From: Octopus sinensis
Taxonomy: Eukaryota
DNA length: 64,000 nt
Reading direction: 5' to 3'
Assembly (NCBI RefSeq): GCF_006345805.1
Contig: NC_043015.1
Location: forward strand, 35,898,001-35,962,000
Of the stretch, positions 13,269 to 24,407 are shown piece by piece. Under the pieces are notes generated by a model. The model had not been told where the DNA came from. It was given only the letters and a program-made list of their open reading frames with translations, and made no database searches. Position numbers and translations under genes: made by a program. The first letter of the stretch is position 1, and the number at the start of each line of letters is the position of its first letter.

Positions 13269-13314
13269 AATAATATTAATAATAATAATAATAATAATAA
13301 TGATAATAACAATG

Positions 13315-13397
<83 letters not shown>

Positions 13398-13409
13398 TAA
13401 TAATAATAG

Positions 13410-13452
<43 letters not shown>

Positions 13453-13520
13453 GTAATAATAATAATAATAATAATAATAGTAATAATAATAATAGTAATA
13501 ATAATAATATAATAATAATA

Positions 13521-13554
<34 letters not shown>

Positions 13555-13558
13555 GTAA

Positions 13559-13603
<45 letters not shown>

Positions 13604-13723
13604 CATAATAATAATTTTTAAAAAATTAAAAAAAGGCACAGAACTTCCAACCTGTTGTCTCCTGAGGTCTCTGGGTGAGACTTGGAGCCAACTTGTACAG
13701 ACATAAAGCAAAAGTCAAACATA

Positions 13724-13806
<83 letters not shown>
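13269..13806. repeat. Long (AAT)n array interrupted by a ~90-bp insert (13635-13724)
   Basis: Direct reading. Confidence 0.95.
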
Positions 13807-13807
<1 letters not shown>

Positions 13808-14854
13808 AATCAGAGTATTACAAGTAAGTAATGACAATAATAAAGCCGTGGCTGCCATTGAAAAAAACAAAAACAAAAATAGAGCGACAAGACCGAAATG
13901 TCATCAATCAAACAAGAAAGTGTTAAAAATAACATTTGCGTTCGTTCTCAATAGCAGAAAGTTCCAGACACATCATTTGGTAAATGGTTTGCCAATCTAT
14001 TCAAAGAAGACAAGAAGGAGAGAAAGAATCGGTATTTAGCGTGATACGTGTTTCATTTAAAATGGAATGTAATTAAACGAAAATTATTTGCTTCTTTATT
14101 TCTTTGATTTTCTTATTATATTAGTTTATTAATTTAATTATATTTTTAATTAGATGAGTCTTGAAGATTTTTTTTCCTGAATTTCGATAAATAAACGAAT
14201 AAAGAATCACAAAATAAAGAGCAACACAGAAAAAAAAAGAAACATAAAAACAAAGAAAGGACACATTGTTGGAGCTGAAGATCGCCAGGACAAGTCAATA
14301 ACATTCTGGACAAATCTGTGAGTTAATGGGTCTGCCACCTCCACACAACACATACATATATAAACACACACATGTATGTATATGAATATCTGTATGCATG
14401 CATATATATATATATCAATGTCTGTATAGATATATATGTATATATGTATATATGTATATATGTATATATATATATATATATATATCAATGTGTACATAGG
14501 TGTCTATCTAATCTCTTTCTCTCTCTCTTCTCTCTATAGATATATATATATATATACATAAATATATATATAATATAGATATATCTATATATATATATAT
14601 ATATATATTATATAATATATAATATATATTTAATCAATATAGGGTGGCAAAAAAAAATAAATTTAGAATTTTTTGCCACCAGCGGCCTAGTGGGAAAAAA
14701 TTAAATAGTAATAGACCCTTAAGTTCAACATCAACATAATCAAGGAACGGCCATAATAGGCCATTCACCCACTAGAAATAACAGCCAAAGCTTCAACCGC
14801 AAATAAAAATCAATTCGGTAAACAGGAGAAAATCTAAAAAAACTTTACCCTGTA

Positions 14855-14961
14855 ATTTCTTATACGATGCACCGTTTCATCTGCTGTTTAATGGTAAACT
14901 AACCTGATTAAATTAAATCAGGCCAATCTTCCATAGGCCCTCACATTCTTCAGTAAGAAAT
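14855..14961 (-). ncRNA. Type I hammerhead ribozyme motif, array copy 1
   Basis: Reverse complement: ATTTCTTA CTGAAGA [68 nt] GAAA CGGTGCATCG TA TAAGAAAT; 8-bp stem I and intact core. Confidence 0.85.
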
Positions 14962-15166
14962 AGCCACAAGTCGGAACAGATATTTTCACGAGGCATTTCC
15001 GACCCTGCCAAGGTAATATCTGACCTAAAATTTTCAAATCATCGCACTCGCGCCAAATTTATCGGCAGCAAATAAATATAAGCCGATGATTTGAAAATTT
15101 TAGGTCAGATATTACCTTGGCAGGGTCGGAAATGCCTCGTGAAAATATCTGTTCCGACTTGTGGCT

Positions 15167-15273
15167 ATTTCTTACTGAAGAATGTGAGGGCCTATGGAAG
15201 ATTGGCCTGATTTAATTCAATCAGGTTAGTTTACCATTAAACAGCAGATGAAACGGTGCATCGTATAAGAAAT
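15167..15273 (+). ncRNA. Type I hammerhead ribozyme motif, array copy 2
   Basis: Stem I ATTTCTTA(15167-74)/TAAGAAAT(15266-73); CTGAAGA 15175-81; stem II base ATGTG/CAGAT; GAAA 15250-53; stem III CGG-TGCA-TCG; GUA site, predicted cleavage after 15265. Confidence 0.88.
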
Positions 15274-15658
15274 TACAGGGTAAATGTTTTTTAAATTTTC
15301 TCCTGTTTACGGAATTGATTTTTATTTGCGGTTGAAGCTTTGGCTTTATTTCTAGTGGGTGAAGGCCTATTATGGCCGTTCCTTGATTGTTGATGTTGAA
15401 CTTAAAAATGGTCTATGACTATTTAATTTTTTCCCACTAGGCCGCTGGTGGCAAAAAAATTCTACAAAATTTTTTTTTTGTCACCCTATATTGATTAATT
15501 ATGAATTTTCTGGTTAATTCCGTAATGGAATCGACGGCTTATATGTATTTGCTGCCGATAAATTTGGCGCGAGTGCGATGATTTGAAAATTTTAGGTCAG
15601 ATATTACTTGGCAGGGTCGGAAATGCCTCGTGAAAATATCTGTTCCGACTTGTGGCTA

Positions 15659-15759
15659 TCTTACTGAAGAATCTGAGGGCCTATGGAAGATTGGCCTGAT
15701 TTAATTTAATCAGGTTAGTTTACCATTAAACAGCAGATGAAACGGTGCATCGTATAAGA
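15659..15759 (+). ncRNA. Type I hammerhead ribozyme motif, array copy 3
   Basis: Stem I TCTTA/TAAGA; CTGAAGA 15664-70; perfect stem II base ATCTG/CAGAT; GAAA 15739-42; GUA site, predicted cleavage after 15754. Confidence 0.88.
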
Positions 15760-16641
15760 AATTACAGGGTAAATGTTTTTTAAATTTTCTCCTGTTTACG
15801 GAATTGATTTTTATTTGCGGTTGAAGCTTTGGCTGTTATTTCCAGTGGGTGAATGGCCTATTATGGCCGTTCCTTGATTGTTGATATATATATATATATA
15901 TTATATATATGAGTGTTTGTGTGCAGCCGTGCTCGTGTGCATAGAAATATTTGAAACAAGTGATAGAAAAACTTAATTTGTGCTGCTTATAGTATTTTCA
16001 GATATATTTGTTCTCTGTGTGTGTGTCTGTCTGTGTGTGTGTGTACATACATAGATACGTAGAGACACATTACTTGTCCATTTGTATTGAAACACAAATA
16101 TGCATCCAGTATGCGTATACATATATACATAGGTTCACAAAGAAACATATACATACCATCTTTATATGTCACTATCTATGTATATATATCACACACACAT
16201 ACACACACAGACGCACAGACAAGCACGCACACACATATAAGAATATATACACAGAAATCATGCATATGTGTATGTGTGTCAGTGCGAGTGTCTATCATCA
16301 CACTTCCCCAGAACAATATTTCATCTATCGCACATAATATCGCTAACACCACACACACGCACTCTGCCACCACATTTACACGCAAACACACATGATACTT
16401 CCCAAATTTTAGACTAAAATTCGCTTTGTGCGTACTTCTTATCACAATTATACTTGTTTCTTAGTCAACTTTTGTGTGTGTGAAAGTATATTTTGATATA
16501 TTTGCATATTGCATAATTCGGATAATAACCTCTTAACGAACATTCAAGAGCTAATATTCCGTTATTGGCTACCACATAGCAGTCCAAGGCTCTAGGTTTA
16601 TAGATATACATACTACACATACATAACTACATATACATATA

Positions 16642-16691
<50 letters not shown>

Positions 16692-16853
16692 GTATATATT
16701 TGTTTTTTATTTATTCTCCTATCTAATTTAACACTGACTCCTGACCACTCCCCCAAGTATGATTTTTTGCGCTATGCCTACCCCCAAAAAGTCCCCCACC
16801 AACACCCCTTTAAACCTGCCTAAATGTATAAATGCCAATACAATTCTTTAACT

Positions 16854-16905
16854 AGCTTCCTGAAGATTTCTTCTTGAATGAAACAGTTCTAGTCCTGTAG
16901 AAGCT
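16854..16905 (+). ncRNA. Type I hammerhead ribozyme motif (compact) in a ~290-bp element between (TA)n tracts
   Basis: AGCTTC CTGAAGA T-TTC-TTCTT-GAA-T GAAA CAG-TTCTAGTC-CTG TA GAAGCT: 6-bp stem I, full core, GUA site; U.U mismatch at the 10.1-11.1 pair. Confidence 0.75.
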
Positions 16906-16989
16906 CCTTCTATATAATAATTAATTTTACTCTGCTATGTATTGAGTACCTTATTTACTGTGGTTACCCCGAATCAACCCGGGACCTAC

Positions 16990-17043
<54 letters not shown>

Positions 17044-17061
17044 AATGTATATATTTATATA

Positions 17062-17118
<57 letters not shown>

Positions 17119-17712
17119 GTATACGTATGTATGTTTGTACATGATATATGTATATACATACATTTACATATATATATATGAGAATACGTGTCTATGTATA
17201 TATATATTATATATACATTGATATACTTACGTATATATTGTGTGTATTTAGGTATGTAGGTAGATAAGTAGATTTATATGTGTGTATCTCGGCATCAGAC
17301 ATTTTAGCCCAGCAGTTACAGAAATAAACATGACGAATTTAGTTGAAACTTTTAATTCAATCTTTAGTTTAATGTTTCAATGAATGCGTCTTCTTTATTT
17401 CTCATGTTTATGGCGTACAATTTACAAGTTTCAAATTACGATTGATTTTCTCTCAACCAATTCGTTGTTGTTATCTTCTCATTCTGAATTGTTGAGTGAG
17501 AGAAAAAAAAAGTGTCGACCAAGACATGTTCATCTCTAATTTTAACAATTTAATTATATAGAAAAACATTTCATTTGTACCAAATCTTTCTATGTTTGAA
17601 TGTGTGTGTTCGTTTATGTATATCTATAAATATATGTATGTATGTACCTATCTATCTATCTACCTACCTACCTATCTAAATTTATGTGTATGTAATACAT
17701 ATATGCACGGTT

Positions 17713-17751
<39 letters not shown>

Positions 17752-17804
17752 ACATACACACATATATATATGTACATACACACACATACATATATATATT
17801 TACT

Positions 17805-17839
<35 letters not shown>

Positions 17840-17875
17840 ATATATAAGATACACATACATACATATATATATACT

Positions 17876-17912
<37 letters not shown>

Positions 17913-18177
17913 GTATTATATATATTTGAGTGTGTCTGTATGTGATCATATGTATGTATAATGTATATTTTTGCTAAGCAAGACTATTTGTTCAACAGTT
18001 ATATTTAACTCGTAGTATGGCCTCTTCGTCATTCTACTTTGCTTAACACTTCATTAATAAGCACTCATACAAACACACACACACAATCACACACATACAC
18101 ACACACACAAACACACACACTTGTATATTTATATCTCTATATCACTCTATATAAGTATATATGTATATATATATATA

Positions 18178-18233
<56 letters not shown>

Positions 18234-18399
18234 TACATATATATATATAGATATATATGTATGATATATGTATATATATATATATATACGTATACATGCA
18301 CACTTACATATACACACGCACATACACATATTTGTATATATATATATTTATATATATATATATATGTGTGTGTGTATGTGTGTGACCGTATGCCATTCT

Positions 18400-18900
18400 A
18401 TAGAAGCTGTATTATTAGGTGAAACGCGTTTCGTGCCACCGCCATTCTCAGGCTAAAACTGTCGTATTTGAGTTTAAATCTTTATAATCGTTGTTGAAGA
18501 TGTAGTCTTATACTTGTGAATATTTACTGCTCTTCCTTTTGCTTTTGCAGAATGGCTGCTAGATTCCTGCCTATTTCTCTTTGGCTTCGGTGCTTTTAAT
18601 TATCTCGTTCATTCTAGATTTATAATCGAAGTTATTTTTTTCTGTGTTTTTTTTTTTTGCATTTATTTCTAAATGATAGTTGTTTGTAAGTTTGTTTACC
18701 TGTCGTTATTTTATATCCCGCGTCTCTCAATATGTATATTTTGATACATTTGTGAGTGCGATACCTTCTGTGTGTTATGTCGGACTTTGTTTTCTTGTTG
18801 GCGTGATATTAGCTGCGTCTCCATTTCTGCGCGTGCTTCTGTTACATCATGAAAAATATAAAATTCTTGGGATAGGTACAATAGTTAAAGGTAAATGTTT
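18400..18900 (-). mobile_element. Possible decayed Penelope-like 3' fragment ending in an HHR-like remnant
   Basis: Minus strand has a frameshifted HKC.KIYI/ET segment (GIY-YIG-like) and ends in CTGAGAA...GGCAC GAAACGCGTT. Weak. Confidence 0.3.
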
Positions 18901-19004
18901 AATCACATGTCTGGAACACAACTGCTTTTGAGTAATCATGTTTTTTATGTAATTATGTAGTTTTTACTGCACATTTCGGTTAATTACATGATTTATCTTT
19001 TATT

Positions 19005-19160
19005 TTCCCAGCTATTAGCACACCAAGTTGAATGCTCCTGTCGGACAAATAGATCGCAGGATTTAGCTTTTTACGGTCCGGCATGTATTCTTCCAGTTTC
19101 ATTTCCCGAACCGTTAATTTATGGGCGTAAACGAAACAGCACCGGTTGTCAAGCGATAGA
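19005..19160 (+). mobile_element. SINE-like repeat family D
   Basis: GGACAAATAGATCGCAGG...CCGAACCGTTAATTTATGGGCGTAAACGAAACAGCACCGGTTGTCAAGCG, shared with other copies in the window. Confidence 0.6.
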
Positions 19161-19194
19161 CACACATATATATATATACATATGAATACATATC

Positions 19195-19241
19195 TATCTA
19201 TCTATCTACCTATCTATCTATCTATCTATATATCTGTCTAC

Positions 19242-19306
<65 letters not shown>

Positions 19307-19333
19307 AGTGTATCTAGCTATCTAGCTATCTAC

Positions 19334-19368
<35 letters not shown>

Positions 19369-19372
19369 CTTC
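19195..19372. repeat. (TATC)n/(CTGT)n/(CT)n compound microsatellite
   Basis: Direct reading. Confidence 0.95.
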
Positions 19373-19654
19373 TCTCTTTATGTATACAACAGGCTTCCAC
19401 CAACTTTTATTTTAGCAAATTCAGATCCAAAATATTGGTAGGCTATAGCAAAAGACATTTGCTCAAAGATCTGCGCAATGTGGCTAAAACCGAAATTTTG
19501 TTTGTTTTTTCCGTTTTTTTTCAATTAATTTTTGAGGGCGGTCGTGATCGTTTTTAGTATTCTCGTTTGTGAAAGCAGTCGAGTTTATATCAGGTTTGCG
19601 CTCTCTGAGTGCTCTTGTTATATTTGTGTTTATGCTATCCTCCCTCCAGCTTGC

Positions 19655-19685
<31 letters not shown>

Positions 19686-19714
19686 ACAGCAGCAGCAACA
19701 TTTTTCTTCTTCTT

Positions 19715-19745
<31 letters not shown>

Positions 19746-19919
19746 TTATTATTATTATTATTATTATTATTTTATTATTATTATTATTATAAACTGACGT
19801 CACACTTCTATAAATATTGTGCAAATATTGTATGCGCTATATGTATTTAACACTGAACGTACCGCATGTTGCTCGTATATGACTTGAGTAAGATTAATTC
19901 TGTTACAACACCCACTCTC

Positions 19920-19950
<31 letters not shown>

Positions 19951-20776
19951 CTTTCTCTTTATTCCTGTCTTCCAGGCATTTGCTCTTAACGAAAGTGGCA
20001 TTCATCCATCGAATTTGCATCTCTATTTTGGTCAGAGGTGTGAATCTTTCGATATATAGTCTCATATGTTTTGGGTAGCATATTTGTTGTATTTTGAACA
20101 TCTAGTAATAGTTAATCTGCACTCAATGGAAATTAATTAAAATGGAATTCATTTGGGAGTGTATTTCAATTTGATTAATTTTAATAAATTCAATTTCAGA
20201 GTTTGATTATATTTCATTTTTTTATTATTTTTCTACTATAATTAGTTAGATAACAATTGTGTTCTTCATTAACTTTAATTAATTACAGTTTTTAACATAA
20301 TACATACAGTGTATTATCGTTAAATTTACTATTCTTGATTCAGAACGTTTCAACTTCTATATTAATGTTTTCCGTATGAACTCTGTCGCAAAAGTGATTA
20401 TAAAGAATTCCACAGCTCTTTCCTTCGTCAGAGTGTAAATGTGCAATGGAAGCCCTCACCACCGCCACCACTCGGATTCAAAGTACACTGAAACAGCAGC
20501 GAAAATAATCCTTATTGAGTACCTACACTAATACTGGTGGGACGGCACCTTGAATACAGATAAACGGTCAGGATTTCAAAAGATTCTGTCATGGCCACTT
20601 GTTAACTTTTAACCACAGTTTCGATTGATAATGGAAACGGGCGTTCAATGATGAGAGCATCAGCTGCCTTCACACTTCAATATAAATTGCATACTAGTAA
20701 TGAAGATATACATTACCTGTTACATATCTTAACATGGTGTGCATGTCAGCTAGGTTGTATATGTGTATATGTATAA

Positions 20777-20817
<41 letters not shown>

Positions 20818-20858
20818 ATATATATTATAATATATATATATATTATATATATATATAT

Positions 20859-21195
20859 GGAGGGGCAATGGCCCCGTAGTTAAGGCAGCGGAGTCGCGGT
20901 TGTGGGATCGTGATTTTCATCCCCAGACCGGGTGTTGAGAGAGTTTATTAAGCAAAAACAATTAAAGATCCACGAGGCTCCGGGAGAGGGTGGTGGCGAA
21001 CCCTGCTGCACTCTTTCACCACAACCAAAGAGCTAGCCTTGTCAGACACTGTGTCACGCTGAATCTCCCCGAAAAACTACATTAACAGTACACGTGTCTG
21101 TGGAGTGCTCAGCCACTTGCACGTTAATTTCACGAGCAGGCTCTTCTGTTGATTGGATCAACTGGACCTCGTCGTCGCAAACGACGGAGCGCCAC
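20859..21195 (+). mobile_element. tRNA-derived SINE family B
   Basis: tRNA-like head GGAGGGGCAATGGCCCCGTAGTTAAGGCAGCGGAGTCGCGG; 3' domain GTGTCTGTGGAGTGCTCAGCCACTTGCACGTTAATTTCACG shared with 34011-34281; flanked by (TA)n. Confidence 0.8.
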
Positions 21196-21229
21196 GTCAC
21201 GTCATATATATATATATATATTATATATA

Positions 21230-21276
<47 letters not shown>

Positions 21277-21314
21277 TATGATGAACTCTCACGTCGAAAA
21301 TGACGTATGAGCGT

Positions 21315-21490
21315 TCCAATTTTTGCGGAACGACCTGCACAAGTAATTTGTTTATAGTGTTCAAATGGTTGTGTCGTATCTATACCTTTTTTATTCGAAC
21401 CGCTAAGTCACCAGTATGTAAATACACCAACACTGGATGCCATACGGTGGTGAGGACCAACGCAGACAAAAAGAGCACACATACAGAAAC
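21315..21490 (+). mobile_element. SINE-like repeat family D, decayed
   Basis: TTCGAACCGCTAAGTCACCAGTATGTAAATACACCAACACTGG matches other family D copies. Confidence 0.55.
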
Positions 21491-21639
21491 AAAACACACA
21501 CATACACACACTTATATATATATATATATATATATGAAGACGAATATTAAAGAACAATGACGTATCTCCACTCGGTCATCTAACCTGCTTGAAATACCAG
21601 CCAAAATACTTCAAATACAATGACAGATAAAAAGGAAGT

Positions 21640-22480
21640 GATAATTAGGTTGTTGGTGGGTTGTGTTAGAGAGGTATTTTAGAGAAATTATTATCGATTA
21701 AGTTTGGTGTTATGTTACTTTTTAGAATATATTTATGTATGTAGACTTTGCAAATAGGTGTGTGTGTGCTTAGATGTCTTCCTTTCAGCTGACGGGATTG
21801 TATTAAGTGGTTCACATTAAATGATGGAATGTGGCAGACGATATGGCAGAAGTTTAATTTATTTTTGCTTTATTGGATTTACTTTTTGTATTGAAAACAT
21901 AAAGGTCAAAGGTTCAAAGTTCTTTCCGGCATAGAAAAAATTTAATAATTGCCCAAACATTTTTAATGGAATTTTCTAAGGATTCAGCAAATAATGTAGG
22001 TAGGTGACACGATTTAGCCGAACAGTTTCTTGTTGTTCTTTTGAGAATTTTCTGTTTGTATTTGGAATGTGGGGTTTATTAATCTGGCCTGCCATGTTGA
22101 TAGTATTGACATTTATCTATTTTGTGTTTTGATGTCCACAACAGGCTTTGTGCAGGTATAAAGTCTGTAAGTTTCTCTCTTGGGGTTCATTGTTCTATAA
22201 CCATTATAGCCATTACGTTTTATGTAGGACAGTTTGTAGGCTATGGGTTTATAATTACTTCTTCGATTCCGTTTCAAACGTGACTATATCATTATTTTCA
22301 GCCTATGCGAATATGAGTTATTAGAAAGTGTGTGTATATAATAATGTATATAACCGGGAATAAAATTTAATGTTAAAATAAATATAACGAAGAGAATTAA
22401 ATGGCAAAGTGTCTTCCAACTTCTTTGTTACAGATATTTTTGTGGATGAGGAAATTTTTAGAAAATTTCTTCAGTACTTG
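21640..22480 (-). mobile_element. Possible heavily decayed Penelope-like (GIY-YIG) C-terminal fragment
   Basis: Minus-strand pieces GQLLNFSMPER and HLIQ..LKGRHL....PICKV; strongly strand-biased composition. No intact motif. Confidence 0.3.
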
Positions 22481-22992
22481 TTTAGTGTAAAGCTAAATAT
22501 AAGTCAACAAACCTACATCAACACATATAATTATATATCCTAAAACTGCCGGCACACCGTGTTGTTCGCGAACCACTAAAGCGAATTCTATGACCTGAAG
22601 GGGACCAATCTAAACGTACAAACCTGCTTACAAATTTCAATATACATAAATGAATTCTAAACAATAACACAACACCAAATGTATTCAATAAATGTTTCTC
22701 CAAAGCATCAGCGTATTCCACCTCTACAAAACAAAACTATAGAGTATCAAATCAGATTAATATAAGTGTTTATTACAATTGAACGGAACAATATGAATGA
22801 TGTATGATGTATATATGATGTATGATGTATATATGATGTATGACGCATGTATATATGCATGCATATATGTATATGTGTGTTTATACATATATAGATAGAT
22901 ATTTAGATATGAATGTATGAAAGTGTGCATGTATATTGTGTGTATATATATACATATATACATACATACATATATATATATATATACATACA

Positions 22993-23044
<52 letters not shown>

Positions 23045-23161
23045 CAAAAAGCAATAAAGATTCAAGTCAATTTTAATGAATTTACTTGAATATGGTACCT
23101 AACTTAGATGCACCAAAAAACTGTACGGTTTTAAAAATACAGCAATGTGGGGTGATTATAA

Positions 23162-23683
23162 GCGAGAAAGAAGCAACAAGAATGGATAAGTTTTTAGTAC
23201 AATCGTTTGATACAAAGACAGGCTTTATTAAAAGTTGCAAAAATTGCAGCATATAAACGTGTCCCGTACTCCCGTACTCAAGCAGGAATTGAGACCCACC
23301 TCGTTGTGATTAGCCATGGATAAATTTGTCGTCTGTGAGTATGTAATCCCTCCTCATATCTCTGGAAATTCATATGTACACTATGGATTAAGTCACCTTC
23401 TCTGTGATGCTATTAAAACTTTTTAAAAAATCTGTGATAAGACTGTACATCATCTTTAAAGAACTTTAATGAACTTTGGAAATCTGTTTATGTTACTTAA
23501 TTATCTACATTACTTCATGAGTATAGCCTCAACCACTAAGATGTCTAGAGAACTCACATGTATTTTAGCTGATGAGTACGGGACACGTTTATATGCTGCA
23601 ATTTTTGCAACTTTTAATAAAGCCTGTCTTTGTATGAAACGATTGTACTAAAAACTTATCCATTCTTGTTGCTTCTTTCTCGC
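23162..23683 (+). mobile_element. 522-bp element with 110-bp inverted terminal copies; right copy carries a hammerhead
   Basis: 23162-23271 is the reverse complement of 23574-23683 with one mismatch (23209); right end abuts (TA)n. Confidence 0.9.
23563..23653 (+). ncRNA. Minimal type I hammerhead ribozyme motif with 60-nt stem II
   Basis: TTTTAG(23563-68) CTGATGA(23569-75) G...T GAAA(23636-39) C-GATT-G TA CTAAAA(23648-53); GUA site, predicted cleavage after 23647. Confidence 0.82.
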
Positions 23684-23689
23684 GTATAT

Positions 23690-23737
<48 letters not shown>

Positions 23738-23994
23738 TATATATTATATATATAGATATATATATCCGTAAATCAATCGCCCGTCAAAGTGACTGTTCCA
23801 TGTTGCTACTAGTTAACCCCAGACACATCGGCCGCTAATTGGTTACCGGTGCGACGCTGCACACTTTATAGACTATAGATATTGCTAGCAAGAGAAGCGA
23901 ACCCCTATCGTCCTCTAGCAGACAACGGTATCGCGAGACTGACTCCTTTTCGAGCTTCTTGGCTCATCGTCTGTCGCGGGCAACCAGCCCGTTT

Positions 23995-24043
<49 letters not shown>

Positions 24044-24376
24044 AATATATATGCAGAGACACTGTGTTTAGGTCAATAAATATATAAGATGTCTAGTTCA
24101 CCTGGTTAATCGCACTTGGATTGTCTGTGCTTGTGTCCGTTCAATCGGGGTCGACGTTACTTATCATTCTTCAGCGCCAACAAGCAAGCCTGTATACCGA
24201 CGGTTTACATACAACAAGTAGGAGTCTAAATGTACATTCACAAAATCAAGAAATACACATTGGATAAAGTAGTCGTGAAAACTCATAGATCGATCAAGGA
24301 ATTGCTGCACCACGTCAGTGACGCTTTTTATCATAAGGTGTGCAGAATGACAGCTGACCTGGGGTTAAAGAATTAT

Positions 24377-24407
<31 letters not shown>

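Larger units (their letters stand above)
14630..15885. repeat. ~490-bp unit array: one inverted unit (14630-15085), one direct unit (15084-15575), one partial direct unit (15576-15885), between (TA)n tracts
   Basis: CGATGATTTGAAAATTTTAGGTCAG recurs at 15084 and 15576 (period 492); 14630-15044 is the reverse complement of 15084-15498. Confidence 0.95.

Noticed and set aside
14630-15885. CRISPR array or plain satellite
   Set aside because: Units are ~490 bp, contiguous, without unique spacers; eukaryotic context; the hammerhead explains the structure better.
20345-20436. Minus-strand CTGACGA ... GAAACGTT
   Set aside because: Flanks do not form stem I.
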